The notes beneath the pieces were generated by a model. The model did no database searches. It saw only the letters and a list, made by a program, of their open reading frames with translations, and was not told the DNA's origin. From Pseudomonadota bacterium (GTDB taxonomy: Bacteria; Pseudomonadota; Alphaproteobacteria; CACIAM-22H2), in contig JBQTIU010000022.1 in assembly GCA_052387815.1 (NCBI GenBank), positions 15,428-79,427 of the forward strand: DNA of 64,000 nt, in the 5' to 3' direction. Shown here piece after piece: positions 49,314-58,852 of this stretch. How positions within the stretch are numbered: position 1 is the first letter of the stretch; the number at the start of each line of letters is the position of its first letter. A program made the position numbers and the translations under genes.

Positions 49314-50185
49314 TCGCGCTCGGCCGCACCCCCGGCGCGAGGGCCGCGCTCGCCGTCCTTGCCGCCTTGCTCGCCCTCGCGGCTGCCGCTCCGTTGATCG
49401 AATCGGCAACGGGCACCGACGCCAACGCGGCCGACCTCTTGAACCGCTTCGCCCCGCTCTCCCTCGCCCATCCGCTCGGCACCGACGAGATCGGCCGCGA
49501 CGTGGCGCTCCGCCTGCTCTACGGCGGCCGGGTGTCGCTCGCCGTCGGCCTGGTGGCGGCCCTGGTCGCGGCGACGTTCGGCACGGTCATCGGCCTCCTC
49601 GCCGGCTATTTCGGCGGCCGCCTCGATGCGGCTCTGATGCGGCTGACCGACGGCGTCATCGCCCTGCCGCTGTTGCCGCTGCTCATCGTGCTGGCGGCCG
49701 TCGACCTCGCGAAGCTCGGCCTGCCCGAGCGTTTCGTCCACTCGGAGGAGCTCAGCCTCTACCGGCTCATCGCCATCACCGCGCTGGTCGGCTGGACGAC
49801 CGTGGCGCGGCTGGTGCGGGGCGCGACCTTGAGCCTGCTCGCCCGCGATTTCGTGCGCGCGGCCGTGGCGCTGGGCGCGGGGCCGGTCAGGATCATGGCT
49901 CGGCACATCCTCCCCAATGCCGTCTCGCCGATCGTCGTCGCCACGACGCTGGCGGTGGGGAATATCATCCTGTTCGAATCGGTGCTGAGCTTCCTGGGGC
50001 TGGGCGTACAGCCCCCCCTGCCGAGCTGGGGCAACATGCTGACCAACGCCCAGGAGGTGATCTGGACGGCGCCGATGCTCGCCGTCTACCCCGGCCTGTT
50101 GATCCTCGCCACCGTCGCCGCCTGCAACCTGCTGGGCGATGCCCTTCAGGACGTGCTCGATCCCAGGAGCGGGGCCAGGCACTAA
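49310..50185 (+). CDS. ABC transporter permease (DppC/OppC type)
   Basis: ATG 49310 overlapping previous stop (ATGA); DppC-like TM protein, ~291 aa. No ATPase genes follow. Confidence 0.85.
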   Translation: MIALGRTPGARAALAVLAALLALAAAAPLIESATGTDANAADLLNRFAPLSLAHPLGTDEIGRDVALRLLYGGRVSLAVGLVAALVAATFGTVIGLLAGYFGGRLDAALMRLTDGVIALPLLPLLIVLAAVDLAKLGLPERFVHSEELSLYRLIAITALVGWTTVARLVRGATLSLLARDFVRAAVALGAGPVRIMARHILPNAVSPIVVATTLAVGNIILFESVLSFLGLGVQPPLPSWGNMLTNAQEVIWTAPMLAVYPGLLILATVAACNLLGDALQDVLDPRSGARH

Positions 50186-51152
50186 GCGTCGGCGCGCCGG
50201 GCCGGCCGCGCGGACCCGGCGCCGCCTGCCACCGCCATGCCGACCGACACCAGGACGATGCCGGCGACCACCAGCCACGACGGCACCTCGCCGAGGACGG
50301 GATAGGCGAGCGCGTTGGCGAAGCCCGGCACCAGGGCCGGGAACCATGCCGCGTGCCCGGCGCCGAGCAGGCCGACCACGCGGGTGAACAGCACCAGCGC
50401 GACAATGCTGGCCAGCAGGCCCTGGTAGAAGCCCTGCAGCAGCAATTCTCCCACCGGCGCGCGAGCAGCCGCAAGCGGGCGGCGATCAGATAGGGCGGCA
50501 GGTAGAGAACGAGCGAGCCCATGCAAACGATCGCGGTCGCGGTCCAGGGGTCGACGCGAGCCGACCGGGCGGCGACGGTGTAGACCGCCCACAGGACGGC
50601 GGCGAGGACGAACAGGACGTGGCCGCGCCATTGTCCGGCAGCGGCATCCCCGAGCCCCTGCCAGCCGATCAGCGCGACTCCGACGCCGACCACCGCGACC
50701 CCGAGGGCGCGCATCGCGGTCCACCGTTCGCCGAGCCACCACAGGCTCAACAGCGTCATCGCCACCAGCACGGAGCTCGGCATGACGACGGCGCCATGGC
50801 CCGCCGGCGCGAAGGCGTAGCCCATGTAGGCGAGAAGCGCGCCCGGCCAGCACCGAGGATCAAGAGGCCGACGTGGCTTCAGCCGATCCCGCCGACCCCG
50901 CGCGCGCCGAGCGTGGTGCGGCGAGCGGCCAGGGCCGCCCACGCGGCCGACCCCGCGCGCGCCGAGCCGCCAGACGACCAGCGCCAGCACCGCGCCGGAG
51001 ATAAGGAACCGCAGCGCCGCCAGATCGAAGGGATCGAGCGCGGCCTGCACGGCGTGGCGCGAGGCCACCGCCCAACTGGCCCAGATCACGGCCGTGGCAA
51101 CCCCGGCCAGGATGCCGACCAACAACTTCGCGCCGGATTCGGTCATGAACAA
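50182..51152 (-). pseudogene. EamA/DMT-family transporter gene, probably disrupted
   Basis: The N-terminal half reads in one frame (ORF 49965..51152: MFMTESGAKLLVGILAGVATAVIWASWAV...). The C-terminal half reads only in another frame (ORF 50182..50853: ...LQGFYQGLLASIVALVLFTRVVGLLGAG...); the switch is near 50470..50480 in a GCGCGCC run. There is also a 40-aa Arg-rich non-hydrophobic stretch where TM4 is expected, beside a 22-bp direct repeat (50891..50912 / 50946..50967). Confidence 0.45.
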
Positions 51153-51299
51153 CGGGCCCTGTAGGGGCGAGGCGCTGTCTCGCCGGTCTCACGACCCGCC
51201 CGCGGACCGGTTTGAAACCGGCCCCTACAAATCAATGGAGTCTGTCAGCATGCCCACCATAGCCCGCCGCGCGGGCAGCGGGCCCGCAAATTCCGCGGG

Positions 51300-52226
51300 T
51301 CAGCCCGGAATTTTGCGCGCGGGACCCAGATCCCGGAGCCGGGCGTCGATGGCGGCGCCGGCCGGCAGGCTCGGCTGCGCGCCGCGCGTAAGGCAGGCGA
51401 GGCCGGCGCCCACGCTCGCCCGGTGCAGGGCCTCGGGCAGCGACCGACCGCGGTCGAGGGCGGCGGCGAGAATGCCGACGAAGGCATCGCCCGCGGCGGT
51501 CGTATCGACGGCCTCGACCTCGAGCGCCGCCACCGCCCAGGTCTCGCCACCATGAACTGCGAGCGCGCCCTCGGCGCCGAGGGTGACGACGACCGTGCCG
51601 CCCAAGCCCGCCGAAAGTCGGCGCGCCAACGGCGCCGGCCGGTCGGCCCGGAGCCCGCGCCAGCCCACCAACGCCGCGGTCTCGATCTCGTTCATCACCA
51701 GCACGTCGACCGCGCCCAGCGCCGCTTCGTCGAGGCCGACGGCAGGCGCGAGGTTGAGCACGATGCGCGCCCCCTTGGCCTTCGCCCGGGCGATGAGCGC
51801 CGCGGTCTCGACCGGGGGCACTTCCATCTGCAGGACCACGGTTGTTGCCGGGCCGAGCAGCGAGTCGGGGATTCGCGCGGCGGCGGCCCGAAGGTTGGCG
51901 CCCTGCGCCACGGCGATCAGGTTGCGCCCGGCTTCATCCACGCACACCGCCGCACAGCCGGTGGGCTCCGGCCCGCTCACCACGCCGGCGATGTCGACGC
52001 CGGCGGCCGCCAGGCTCGCGAGCGCCAATCGCCCAAACGCGTCATCGCCGACGCAGGCCACCATGGACACGTGCGCGCCGTCGCGCGCGGCCGCGACCGC
52101 CTGGTTCGCGCCCTTGCCGCCCGGCACCAGCGCGTAGCTTTGGCCGAGCACGGTCTCGCCCGGGCGCGGCAGCGCGTGCAGCGGGAAGACGAGGTCCATA
52201 TTGATCGATCCGAAGACGACGATCAT
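51300..52226 (-). CDS. PfkB-family carbohydrate kinase (ribokinase-like)
   Basis: MIVVFGSINMDLV..., GGKGANQAVAAA, C-terminal DTTAAGDAF anion-hole motif, 308 aa; ATG overlapping the uspA stop (TGATG). Confidence 0.8.
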   Translation of the reverse strand: MIVVFGSINMDLVFPLHALPRPGETVLGQSYALVPGGKGANQAVAAARDGAHVSMVACVGDDAFGRLALASLAAAGVDIAGVVSGPEPTGCAAVCVDEAGRNLIAVAQGANLRAAAARIPDSLLGPATTVVLQMEVPPVETAALIARAKAKGARIVLNLAPAVGLDEAALGAVDVLVMNEIETAALVGWRGLRADRPAPLARRLSAGLGGTVVVTLGAEGALAVHGGETWAVAALEVEAVDTTAAGDAFVGILAAALDRGRSLPEALHRASVGAGLACLTRGAQPSLPAGAAIDARLRDLGPARKIPG

Positions 52227-53053
52227 CAATGCGCCATCAGGACCGGCACCGTCATATGCTGTAGCAGGTGTCGCGTCGCGCCGCCGAGCACAATCTCGCG
52301 TAGCCGCGAATGCCCGTAGGCGCCCATGACGATGAGGTCGGCGCCGAAATCGGCAGCCCGCGACAACAGTACATCGCCGATTCCGAGCTCGGCGGTCCGG
52401 GTCGTCGTCGCCTCGACCGCGACCCCGTGCCGGGCCAAGTGCAGCGCCATATCCGTCCCCTGCAGGCGGGCCTCCGCGGACTCTTGCGGATTGACCACCA
52501 GCACGAAGGCACGCTTCGCCCGCCTGAGCAAGGGCAGCGCGTCGTTGACCGCGCGGGTCGATTCGCGGGTCGCGTTCCAGGCCACCAGCACCCGCTCGCC
52601 AACGGTCGCGAAGGTGCCGAAGCGCGGCACCACCAGGACCGGCCGGCCCGAGCCCATCACCAGGGCCTCGGGGAGGTCCGCGGCGAGCGTTGCCGCGGCT
52701 CCTTCGCCGGCCTGGCTGACGATCGTGAGGTCGACATGGCGGGCGTGCAGTTGGGCGATCTCGACCACATCGCCCCTCGTCGTCCGCCATTCCAGATCGA
52801 GGCCGGCGCGGGCCGCAAGGTCGCGGGCCAGCTTTTCGGCCTGCGCCGCATCCTCGCGCAGCATCTTTTCGTGGGACGCGAAGACTTCGGCCGGCAGCTC
52901 GGCCGCGATATAGCCGGGCACGGACGGCCTGTGCATCACGTACAAGGCCGCGAGATGCGCCCGGTGATCGGCCGCCAGCCGCAACGCCAGCTCGAGCCGG
53001 GCCTTCGCCGTCTCGGTGGTGTCGGCATAAACGAGTAGATCCTTGTATCCCAT
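52226..53053 (-). CDS. uspA: Tandem-domain universal stress protein
   Basis: MGYKDLLVYADTTE... and a second Usp domain ending ...GHSRLREIVLGGATRHLLQHMTVPVLMAH, ~275 aa; ATG complement 53053..53051. Confidence 0.75.
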   Translation of the reverse strand: MGYKDLLVYADTTETAKARLELALRLAADHRAHLAALYVMHRPSVPGYIAAELPAEVFASHEKMLREDAAQAEKLARDLAARAGLDLEWRTTRGDVVEIAQLHARHVDLTIVSQAGEGAAATLAADLPEALVMGSGRPVLVVPRFGTFATVGERVLVAWNATRESTRAVNDALPLLRRAKRAFVLVVNPQESAEARLQGTDMALHLARHGVAVEATTTRTAELGIGDVLLSRAADFGADLIVMGAYGHSRLREIVLGGATRHLLQHMTVPVLMAH

Positions 53054-53146
53054 CGCCCGCCCCTCCGCTTCGGGTCTCGCCGGCCCCCGGAGGACCGGCC
53101 AAGCCCCATGCCCGGGGCATGATAGCATCGGGATCCGTGGTTGCAT

Positions 53147-53160
53147 TTGATGCAGATCAA
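53147..53160. promoter_or_regulatory. FNR/FixK/CRP-family dimer site TTGAT-N4-ATCAA
   Basis: TTGATGCAGATCAA, a perfect match to the anaerobox consensus, centred ~100 bp upstream of the uspA ATG (minus strand) and ~80 bp upstream of manC (plus strand). Confidence 0.5.
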
Positions 53161-53233
53161 GCCATGGCGGTTGGCGGCGCCCGCCTTTTGCGGTAGCAAG
53201 ACATGGGGTGCGGCTTTCGTGGGGTGCGCGGTC

Positions 53234-54667
53234 ATGGAGAGTCCGATCTATCCGGTGATCCTGTCCGGAGGCGCGGGCACGCGCCTGTGGCCGCTGTCAC
53301 GCGAGCTCTATCCCAAGCAGCTTCTGCCGCTCACCTCGGAGCTGAGCCTGTTGCAGGAGACCGCGCGCCGGGTCGCCGGGCCGGCCTACGGGCCGCCCTT
53401 GATCGTGTGCAATGACGAGCACCGATTCATCATCGCCGAGCAGCTGCGCGAGCTCGGCCTCGCCGCGCCAATGATCGTGCTCGAGCCGGTGGCGCGCAAC
53501 ACCGCCCCGGCCGCCGCCGCCGCCGCCATGCTGGCGGGCCGCGAGCCCGGCGCGCTCATGCTGGTGCTGCCCTCCGACCATGCGATCGGCGATCAGGCGG
53601 CATTCGGCCGGGCGGTCGCGACCGCCGCGGCGGCGGCGCGAACCGGCCGACTGGTCGCCTTCGGCATCGCTCCCACCCGGCCGGAGACGGGGTACGGCTA
53701 CATCCGCCGCGGCCGCGCCCTCGACGGCGTCGCCGGCGCCTATGGGATCGAGCGCTTCGTCGAGAAACCCGACCTCGAGACCGCCCGATCCTTCCTTGCC
53801 GATGGCGCCCCCGGCGATCTCAGGTGGTCCTGGAACAGCGGCATGTTCCTGTTCCCCGTCGCTCTGTTCCTCGCCGAGCTCGGGCGCTTCGAGCCCGAGC
53901 TGGCGGCGGCGGTCCGCGAGGCCTGCGCGAACAGCGCGCGCGACCTCGATTTCATCCGCCTCGACAAGGAAAGCTTGGCGCGCGCGCCGGCGAAATCGAT
54001 CGACTATGCGGTGATGGAGCGGACCGCGGCAGCGGCGGTGGTGCCGGCCGACCTCGAGTGGAGCGACGTCGGCGCGTGGTCCGCGCTGTGGGAGCTCGGC
54101 CGCCGCGACGAAGCCGGCAACGTCAAGATCGGCGACGTGATGGCCGAGGCGACGACGAATTCCTATCTGCGCAGCGAACGCTCGTTGTTGGCGGCGGTCG
54201 GGCTCGACGAGGTGATCGTCGTCGCCACCGCCGACGTCGTCCTCGCCGCCGCCAAGGACCGCGCCCAGGACGTGAAAAAGATCGTCGATCGCCTCAAGGC
54301 GGCGGGCCGCAGCGAGGCGGTCTCGCACCCCATCGTTTACCGGCCGTGGGGCAGCTACCGGACCATCGACAGCGGGGAGCGCTTCCAGGTCAAGCGGATC
54401 ACCGTCAACCCCGGCGCCAAACTCTCGTTGCAGAAGCACGCGCACCGCGCCGAGCATTGGGTGGTGGTGCGCGGCACGGCGCGGGTGGTGCGCGGGAACG
54501 AGACGATGACGCTCGGCGAGAACATGTCGATCCATATCCCCGGGGGCTCCGTCCACCGGCTGGAAAACCCCGGGCCCGGGCCGCTCGAGGTCATCGAGGT
54601 GCAGTCCGGCCACTATCTCGGCGAGGACGACATCGTCCGCCTCGAGGACAGCTACGGGCGGGCGTGA
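53234..54667 (+). CDS. manC: Mannose-1-phosphate guanylyltransferase / mannose-6-phosphate isomerase (bifunctional, type II PMI)
   Basis: MESPIYPVILSGGAGTRLWPLSR..., C-terminal cupin (QKHAHRAEHWVVVRGTA), 477 aa from ATG 53234. Confidence 0.9.
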   Translation: MESPIYPVILSGGAGTRLWPLSRELYPKQLLPLTSELSLLQETARRVAGPAYGPPLIVCNDEHRFIIAEQLRELGLAAPMIVLEPVARNTAPAAAAAAMLAGREPGALMLVLPSDHAIGDQAAFGRAVATAAAAARTGRLVAFGIAPTRPETGYGYIRRGRALDGVAGAYGIERFVEKPDLETARSFLADGAPGDLRWSWNSGMFLFPVALFLAELGRFEPELAAAVREACANSARDLDFIRLDKESLARAPAKSIDYAVMERTAAAAVVPADLEWSDVGAWSALWELGRRDEAGNVKIGDVMAEATTNSYLRSERSLLAAVGLDEVIVVATADVVLAAAKDRAQDVKKIVDRLKAAGRSEAVSHPIVYRPWGSYRTIDSGERFQVKRITVNPGAKLSLQKHAHRAEHWVVVRGTARVVRGNETMTLGENMSIHIPGGSVHRLENPGPGPLEVIEVQSGHYLGEDDIVRLEDSYGRA

Positions 54668-54703
54668 CCCGCGCCCGGCGGCAGCCGGTGCCGTGCGTCA
54701 AGC

Positions 54704-55210
54704 ATGATCGGCAAAACCTACGACGTGCTATTCCTTTGCACCGGCAACTCGGCGCGCAGCATTATGGCCGAGGCGCTGATGACCCACTGGGGCCGAGGCC
54801 GGTTCCGCGGCCATAGCGCCGGCAGCTTCCCCAAGGGCACCGTCCATCCCATCGCGCTCGCGCTCTTGGCCGAGCGGGGCCTGCCGAGCGCGGGGCTCAG
54901 GAGCAAGAGCTGGGAGGAGTTCGCGAGGCCGGGCGCGCCGGCGATGGACTTCGTCCTCACGGTTTGCGACCGGGCCGCGGGCGAAGTCTGCCCGGTGTGG
55001 CCAGGCCGCCCGGCGAGCGCCCATTGGGGCGTCCCCGATCCGGCCGCGCTCGAGGGCACCGAAGCCGAGAGGCGGCAGGCGTTCCGGGGCGCGTACGCGG
55101 CGCTCGAGCGCCGCATCCGGATGCTCGCCGGGCTTGGCGTCGATGGGCTGGAGCGGGCGGCGCTCGAGCGCGCGCTGGCGAGGATCGGTGGAACCAGGAG
55201 CTTCCGGTGA
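54704..55210 (+). CDS. arsC: Low-molecular-weight phosphatase-family arsenate reductase (thioredoxin-coupled ArsC type)
   Basis: LFLCTGNSARS P-loop (CX5R), second cysteine pair VCDRAAGEVCP, 168 aa. Confidence 0.7.
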   Translation: MIGKTYDVLFLCTGNSARSIMAEALMTHWGRGRFRGHSAGSFPKGTVHPIALALLAERGLPSAGLRSKSWEEFARPGAPAMDFVLTVCDRAAGEVCPVWPGRPASAHWGVPDPAALEGTEAERRQAFRGAYAALERRIRMLAGLGVDGLERAALERALARIGGTRSFR

Positions 55211-55389
55211 GCCAGCGCAAGGGGCGGGCATCGCTAGGGCGCTCTGGACAACGGCGCCCGCGCGCGGTTTACTGATCGCGAGGCCACCGCCGGCGGGGAG
55301 AAGCCGCACCATGGTTTCGCCCAGGAACGCCAGCGCTCGGCCGCCCGCGCCGGGACCGGGGCGGGCTCCGGATCAACAGGGAGGACGAT
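55211..55389 (+). promoter_or_regulatory. Conserved leader upstream of the first family-5 binding-protein paralogue (copy 1)
   Basis: Near-identical to 57036..57173 apart from a ~48-bp insertion; contains a 10-bp-stem hairpin GCCCGCGCCGGGACCGGGGCGGGC ~20 nt before the GGGAGG Shine-Dalgarno. Confidence 0.4.
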
Positions 55390-56991
55390 ATGCGATTCAA
55401 GAGTTTGACACTCGCCGCGGTGCTCGGCCTGGCGGCGACGGCGATGGTGTTCATCAGCGCGGCCGAGGCCAAGACGTTCCGCTTCGCCAATGACGGCGAC
55501 GTCGCTTCGATGGATCCCTACAACCGCAACGAGACGTTCCAGCTCGGCGTGATGTGGAACGTCTACGAGGGCCTGGTGCGCCGCGACCAGGACCTCAAAC
55601 TCGAAGGCGCGCTGGCCACCGAATGGAGCCAGGCTGCGCCCAACCTGTGGCGCTTCAAGCTGCGCCCCGGCGTCAAGTTCCACGACGGCACGCCGTTCAC
55701 CGCCGACGACGTGGTGTTGTCGATGACGCGGGCCAGCACGCCGCCCTCCAACATGACCGGCTATTTCGCCTCGGTCAAAGAGGTGCGCGCGGTCGATCCG
55801 CTGACCGTCGAGTTCGAGACCAAGGTCGTCGATCCGCTGCTCGACAGCAAGCTCAACGCCATCGGCATCATGTCGAAGGCGTGGGCCGAGAAGCACGGCG
55901 CGCAGAGGGCCACCGACGTGACCAAGCCGCAGGAGGAGAACTACTCCACCCGCAACGCCAACGGCACCGGGCCCTTCATGCTGAAGAGCCGCGAGCCCGA
56001 CGTGCGGACGGTGTTCGTCAAGAATCCGAACTGGTGGGACAAGGCGACGCACAACATCGACGAAGTCGTGTTCTCGCGCATCGCCAGCGACCCGACGCGC
56101 GTCGCCGCCCTGCTGTCGGGCGAGGTCGACATGATCTACACCGTGCCGCCGCAGGACACCGACCGCCTGAGCAAGACCCAAGGTATCAAGATCATGCAGG
56201 GCCCGGAGACGCGCGTCGTTTACCTGGGCTTCGACCAGGCCCGCGACGAACTGCTCGAATCCAACATCAAGGGCAAGAACCCGTTCAAGGACAAGCGTGT
56301 GCGCGAGGCGTTCTACCGCGCCATCGACATCGAGGCGATCAAGACCCGCGTCATGCGCGGCCAGGCCTTCCCGGTGGCGCTGATGGTGGCGCCGGGCATC
56401 AACGGCTACGCGAAGGACGTCGACGTGCGGCCGAAATACGATCCCGATGCCGCCAAGAAGCTGTTGGCCGATTCCGGCTATCCCGCCGGTTTCGAGGTCG
56501 GCATGGACTGCCCGAACGACCGCTACGTCAACGACGAGGCGATCTGCCTGGCGGTCGTCGCCATGCTGGCGCGCATCGGCGTCAAGGTCAACCTGCTGGC
56601 CCAGACGCGCAGCAAGTACTTCGCGAAGATCCTCGGCCCCGGCTATACCACCAGCTTCTACATGCTCGGCTGGTCGCCGGCCGCGACCTACGACGTGCAC
56701 AACGTCTTCGAGCAGCTATTGCAGACCCGGAACGCGCCGGCACGAAAAGGCGCATTCAACGTCGGCGGCTACTCGAACCCGCAGCTCGACGCGCTCACCA
56801 ACCGGATCGAGGAGGAGGCCGACAAGGCCAAACGCGACGCCATGATCCTCGCGGCGCACAAGATCTACACTGGCGACTTCGCCAACATCCCGCTGCACCA
56901 GCAGGCGCTGATCTGGGCGATGCGCAGCAACGTCGAGATGGTGCAACCGGCCGACAACTCGCTGCCGTTGCGCTACCTCAACGTCAAGTAG
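55390..56991 (+). CDS. ABC transporter substrate-binding protein, family 5 (paralogue 1)
   Basis: MRFKSLTLAAVLGLAATAMVFISAAEA signal, SBP_bac_5, 533 aa. Confidence 0.85.
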   Translation: MRFKSLTLAAVLGLAATAMVFISAAEAKTFRFANDGDVASMDPYNRNETFQLGVMWNVYEGLVRRDQDLKLEGALATEWSQAAPNLWRFKLRPGVKFHDGTPFTADDVVLSMTRASTPPSNMTGYFASVKEVRAVDPLTVEFETKVVDPLLDSKLNAIGIMSKAWAEKHGAQRATDVTKPQEENYSTRNANGTGPFMLKSREPDVRTVFVKNPNWWDKATHNIDEVVFSRIASDPTRVAALLSGEVDMIYTVPPQDTDRLSKTQGIKIMQGPETRVVYLGFDQARDELLESNIKGKNPFKDKRVREAFYRAIDIEAIKTRVMRGQAFPVALMVAPGINGYAKDVDVRPKYDPDAAKKLLADSGYPAGFEVGMDCPNDRYVNDEAICLAVVAMLARIGVKVNLLAQTRSKYFAKILGPGYTTSFYMLGWSPAATYDVHNVFEQLLQTRNAPARKGAFNVGGYSNPQLDALTNRIEEEADKAKRDAMILAAHKIYTGDFANIPLHQQALIWAMRSNVEMVQPADNSLPLRYLNVK

Positions 56992-57035
56992 ACTCGGGGG
57001 GTCCCGGCGCAGTCCGGGCCAAGCCCCGGGCCGCG

Positions 57036-57173
57036 GCCAGCGCAAGGGGCGGGCATCGCTGGGGCGCTCTGGACAACGGCGCCCGCATGCGGTTTACTGA
57101 TCGCGGGCCATCGTCGGCGCTCGGCCGCCCGCGCCGGGACCGGGGCGGGCTGCGGATCAACAGGGAGGACGAT
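57036..57173 (+). promoter_or_regulatory. Conserved leader upstream of the second family-5 binding-protein paralogue (copy 2)
   Basis: See 55211..55389; the same hairpin and Shine-Dalgarno are retained. Confidence 0.4.
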
Positions 57174-58760
57174 ATGCGATTCAAGGGCTGGACGGTCGCC
57201 GCGGTGCTCGGCCTGGCGGCGGCGGCGATGGTGCTCATCACGGCGGCCGAGGCCAAGCCCCTGCGCTGGTCGAGCCAGGGCGACATCCTGACCATGGATC
57301 CGCATGCGCAGAACGAGGGGCTGAACAACACCGTCTCGTCCTACATCTACGAGTCGCTGCTCACCCGCGACAAGGAGATGAAGCTCGAGCCGGCGCTCGC
57401 CGTGTCGTGGAGCCAGCCCGAGCCCAACCGCTGGCGCTTCGTCCTGCGCCAGGGTGTCAAGTTCCATGACGGCGCGCCGTTCACCGCCGACGACGTGGTG
57501 TTCACGGTCCAGCGCGCCATGGCGCCCACGTCGAACTTCAAGATCTACACCCAAGGCATGGCCGAGGCGCGCCGGGTGGACGAGCACACGGTCGATATCC
57601 TCACCAGCGGTCCGAACCCGGTTTTGCTGCAGCAGCTTCCCGAGCTGCGCCTCATGAACAAGGCGTGGGCCGAGAAGAACAACGCCACCCGGCCGCAGAA
57701 CTACGTCGAGAAGGAGGAGACCTACTCGGCACGCAACACCAACGGCACCGGCCCCTTCATGCTCCGCTCGCGCGAGCCGGACATCCGCACCGTGTTCGCC
57801 CACAATCCGAACTGGTGGGGCAAGCGCGAGGGCAACGTGACCGAGATCGTCTACCAGCCGATCAAGTCGGATGCCACGCGCGTCGCGGCACTGCTCACCG
57901 GCGAGATCGACTTCGTGCTCGACCCGCCGGTTCAGGATCTCGAGCGCCTGAGGCGCGGCGGCAACGTCAAGGTCGTCGAGGGCAACGAGAACCGTACCAT
58001 CTTCCTCGGCTTCGACCAGGCCCGCGACGAGCTGCTCTACTCCAACGTTAAGGGCAAGAACCCGTTCAAAGACTTGAGAGTGCGCCAGGCGGTCTATCAT
58101 GCCATCGACATCGAGGCGATCAAGAGCCGCATCATGCGCGGGCAGTCGCGGCCCAGCGGCTCGATCATCGCGCCGCAGGTGCACGGCTTCACGCCCGAGA
58201 ACGACATGCGCCCGCCGCTCGATCGCGCCAAGGCGCGCCAGCTCCTCGCCGAGGCGGGCTATCCCAGCGGCTTCGAGGTGACGCTTGACTGCCCGAACAA
58301 CCGCTATATCAACGACGAGGAGATCTGCCTGGCGATCACCGCCATGCTGGCCCAGGTCGGGATCCAGGCCAGGCTCAACGCCATGCCGCGGGCCACCTAC
58401 TTCCCGAAGATTCAGAAGTATGACACCAGCTTCTACCTGCTGGGTTGGGGCGTGCCGACCTTCGATGCGCTGTACACGCTCCAGAGCCTGGCGCGCACGG
58501 TCGGGCAGGGCGGCGACGGCAATTTCAACCTCGGCAAGTTCTCGAACGCCAAGTTCGATGCCCTGGTCGACCAGATCAAGACCGAGATCGACCAACCCAA
58601 GCGCGACAGGTTGATCGCCGAGGCGCTGAAGATTCACAACGCCGAGGTCGCCCACCTGCCGCTGCACCACCAGGTGATTCCGTGGGCGATGCGCGCCAAC
58701 GTCGAGGTCGTCCACCGGCCCGACAACCGGCTGGAGGCGCGCTGGGTCAAGATCAACTGA
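57174..58760 (+). CDS. ABC transporter substrate-binding protein, family 5 (paralogue 2)
   Basis: MRFKGWTVAAVLGLAAAAMVLITAAEA signal; roughly half the residues identical to paralogue 1 by eye; 528 aa. Confidence 0.85.
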   Translation: MRFKGWTVAAVLGLAAAAMVLITAAEAKPLRWSSQGDILTMDPHAQNEGLNNTVSSYIYESLLTRDKEMKLEPALAVSWSQPEPNRWRFVLRQGVKFHDGAPFTADDVVFTVQRAMAPTSNFKIYTQGMAEARRVDEHTVDILTSGPNPVLLQQLPELRLMNKAWAEKNNATRPQNYVEKEETYSARNTNGTGPFMLRSREPDIRTVFAHNPNWWGKREGNVTEIVYQPIKSDATRVAALLTGEIDFVLDPPVQDLERLRRGGNVKVVEGNENRTIFLGFDQARDELLYSNVKGKNPFKDLRVRQAVYHAIDIEAIKSRIMRGQSRPSGSIIAPQVHGFTPENDMRPPLDRAKARQLLAEAGYPSGFEVTLDCPNNRYINDEEICLAITAMLAQVGIQARLNAMPRATYFPKIQKYDTSFYLLGWGVPTFDALYTLQSLARTVGQGGDGNFNLGKFSNAKFDALVDQIKTEIDQPKRDRLIAEALKIHNAEVAHLPLHHQVIPWAMRANVEVVHRPDNRLEARWVKIN

Positions 58761-58852
58761 GCCGGACCGCCGGCCGGCCGGCGCCCCCGCCGGGTCCGGC
58801 CGGCGACGGCCCCGCCGCTTTGGACCCGCCCCTCCCGGGCCCCGAGCCTTAG

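Noticed and set aside
50891-50967. 22-bp direct repeat 55 bp apart inside the DMT gene, first read as a frame-shifting tandem duplication
   Set aside because: The reading frame is the same on both sides of the repeat, so it cannot be a simple 55-bp insertion. I only note the abnormal non-hydrophobic stretch and leave the frame switch near 50475 as the main evidence of disruption.
51150-51300. Cluster of GC-rich hairpins (CCGGTTTGAAACCGG palindrome, CTGTAGGGGC...GCCCCTACAA inverted repeat) after the ribokinase gene
   Set aside because: Plausible terminator or REP-like structure but none has a U-tract and I cannot distinguish function from chance in this GC content.
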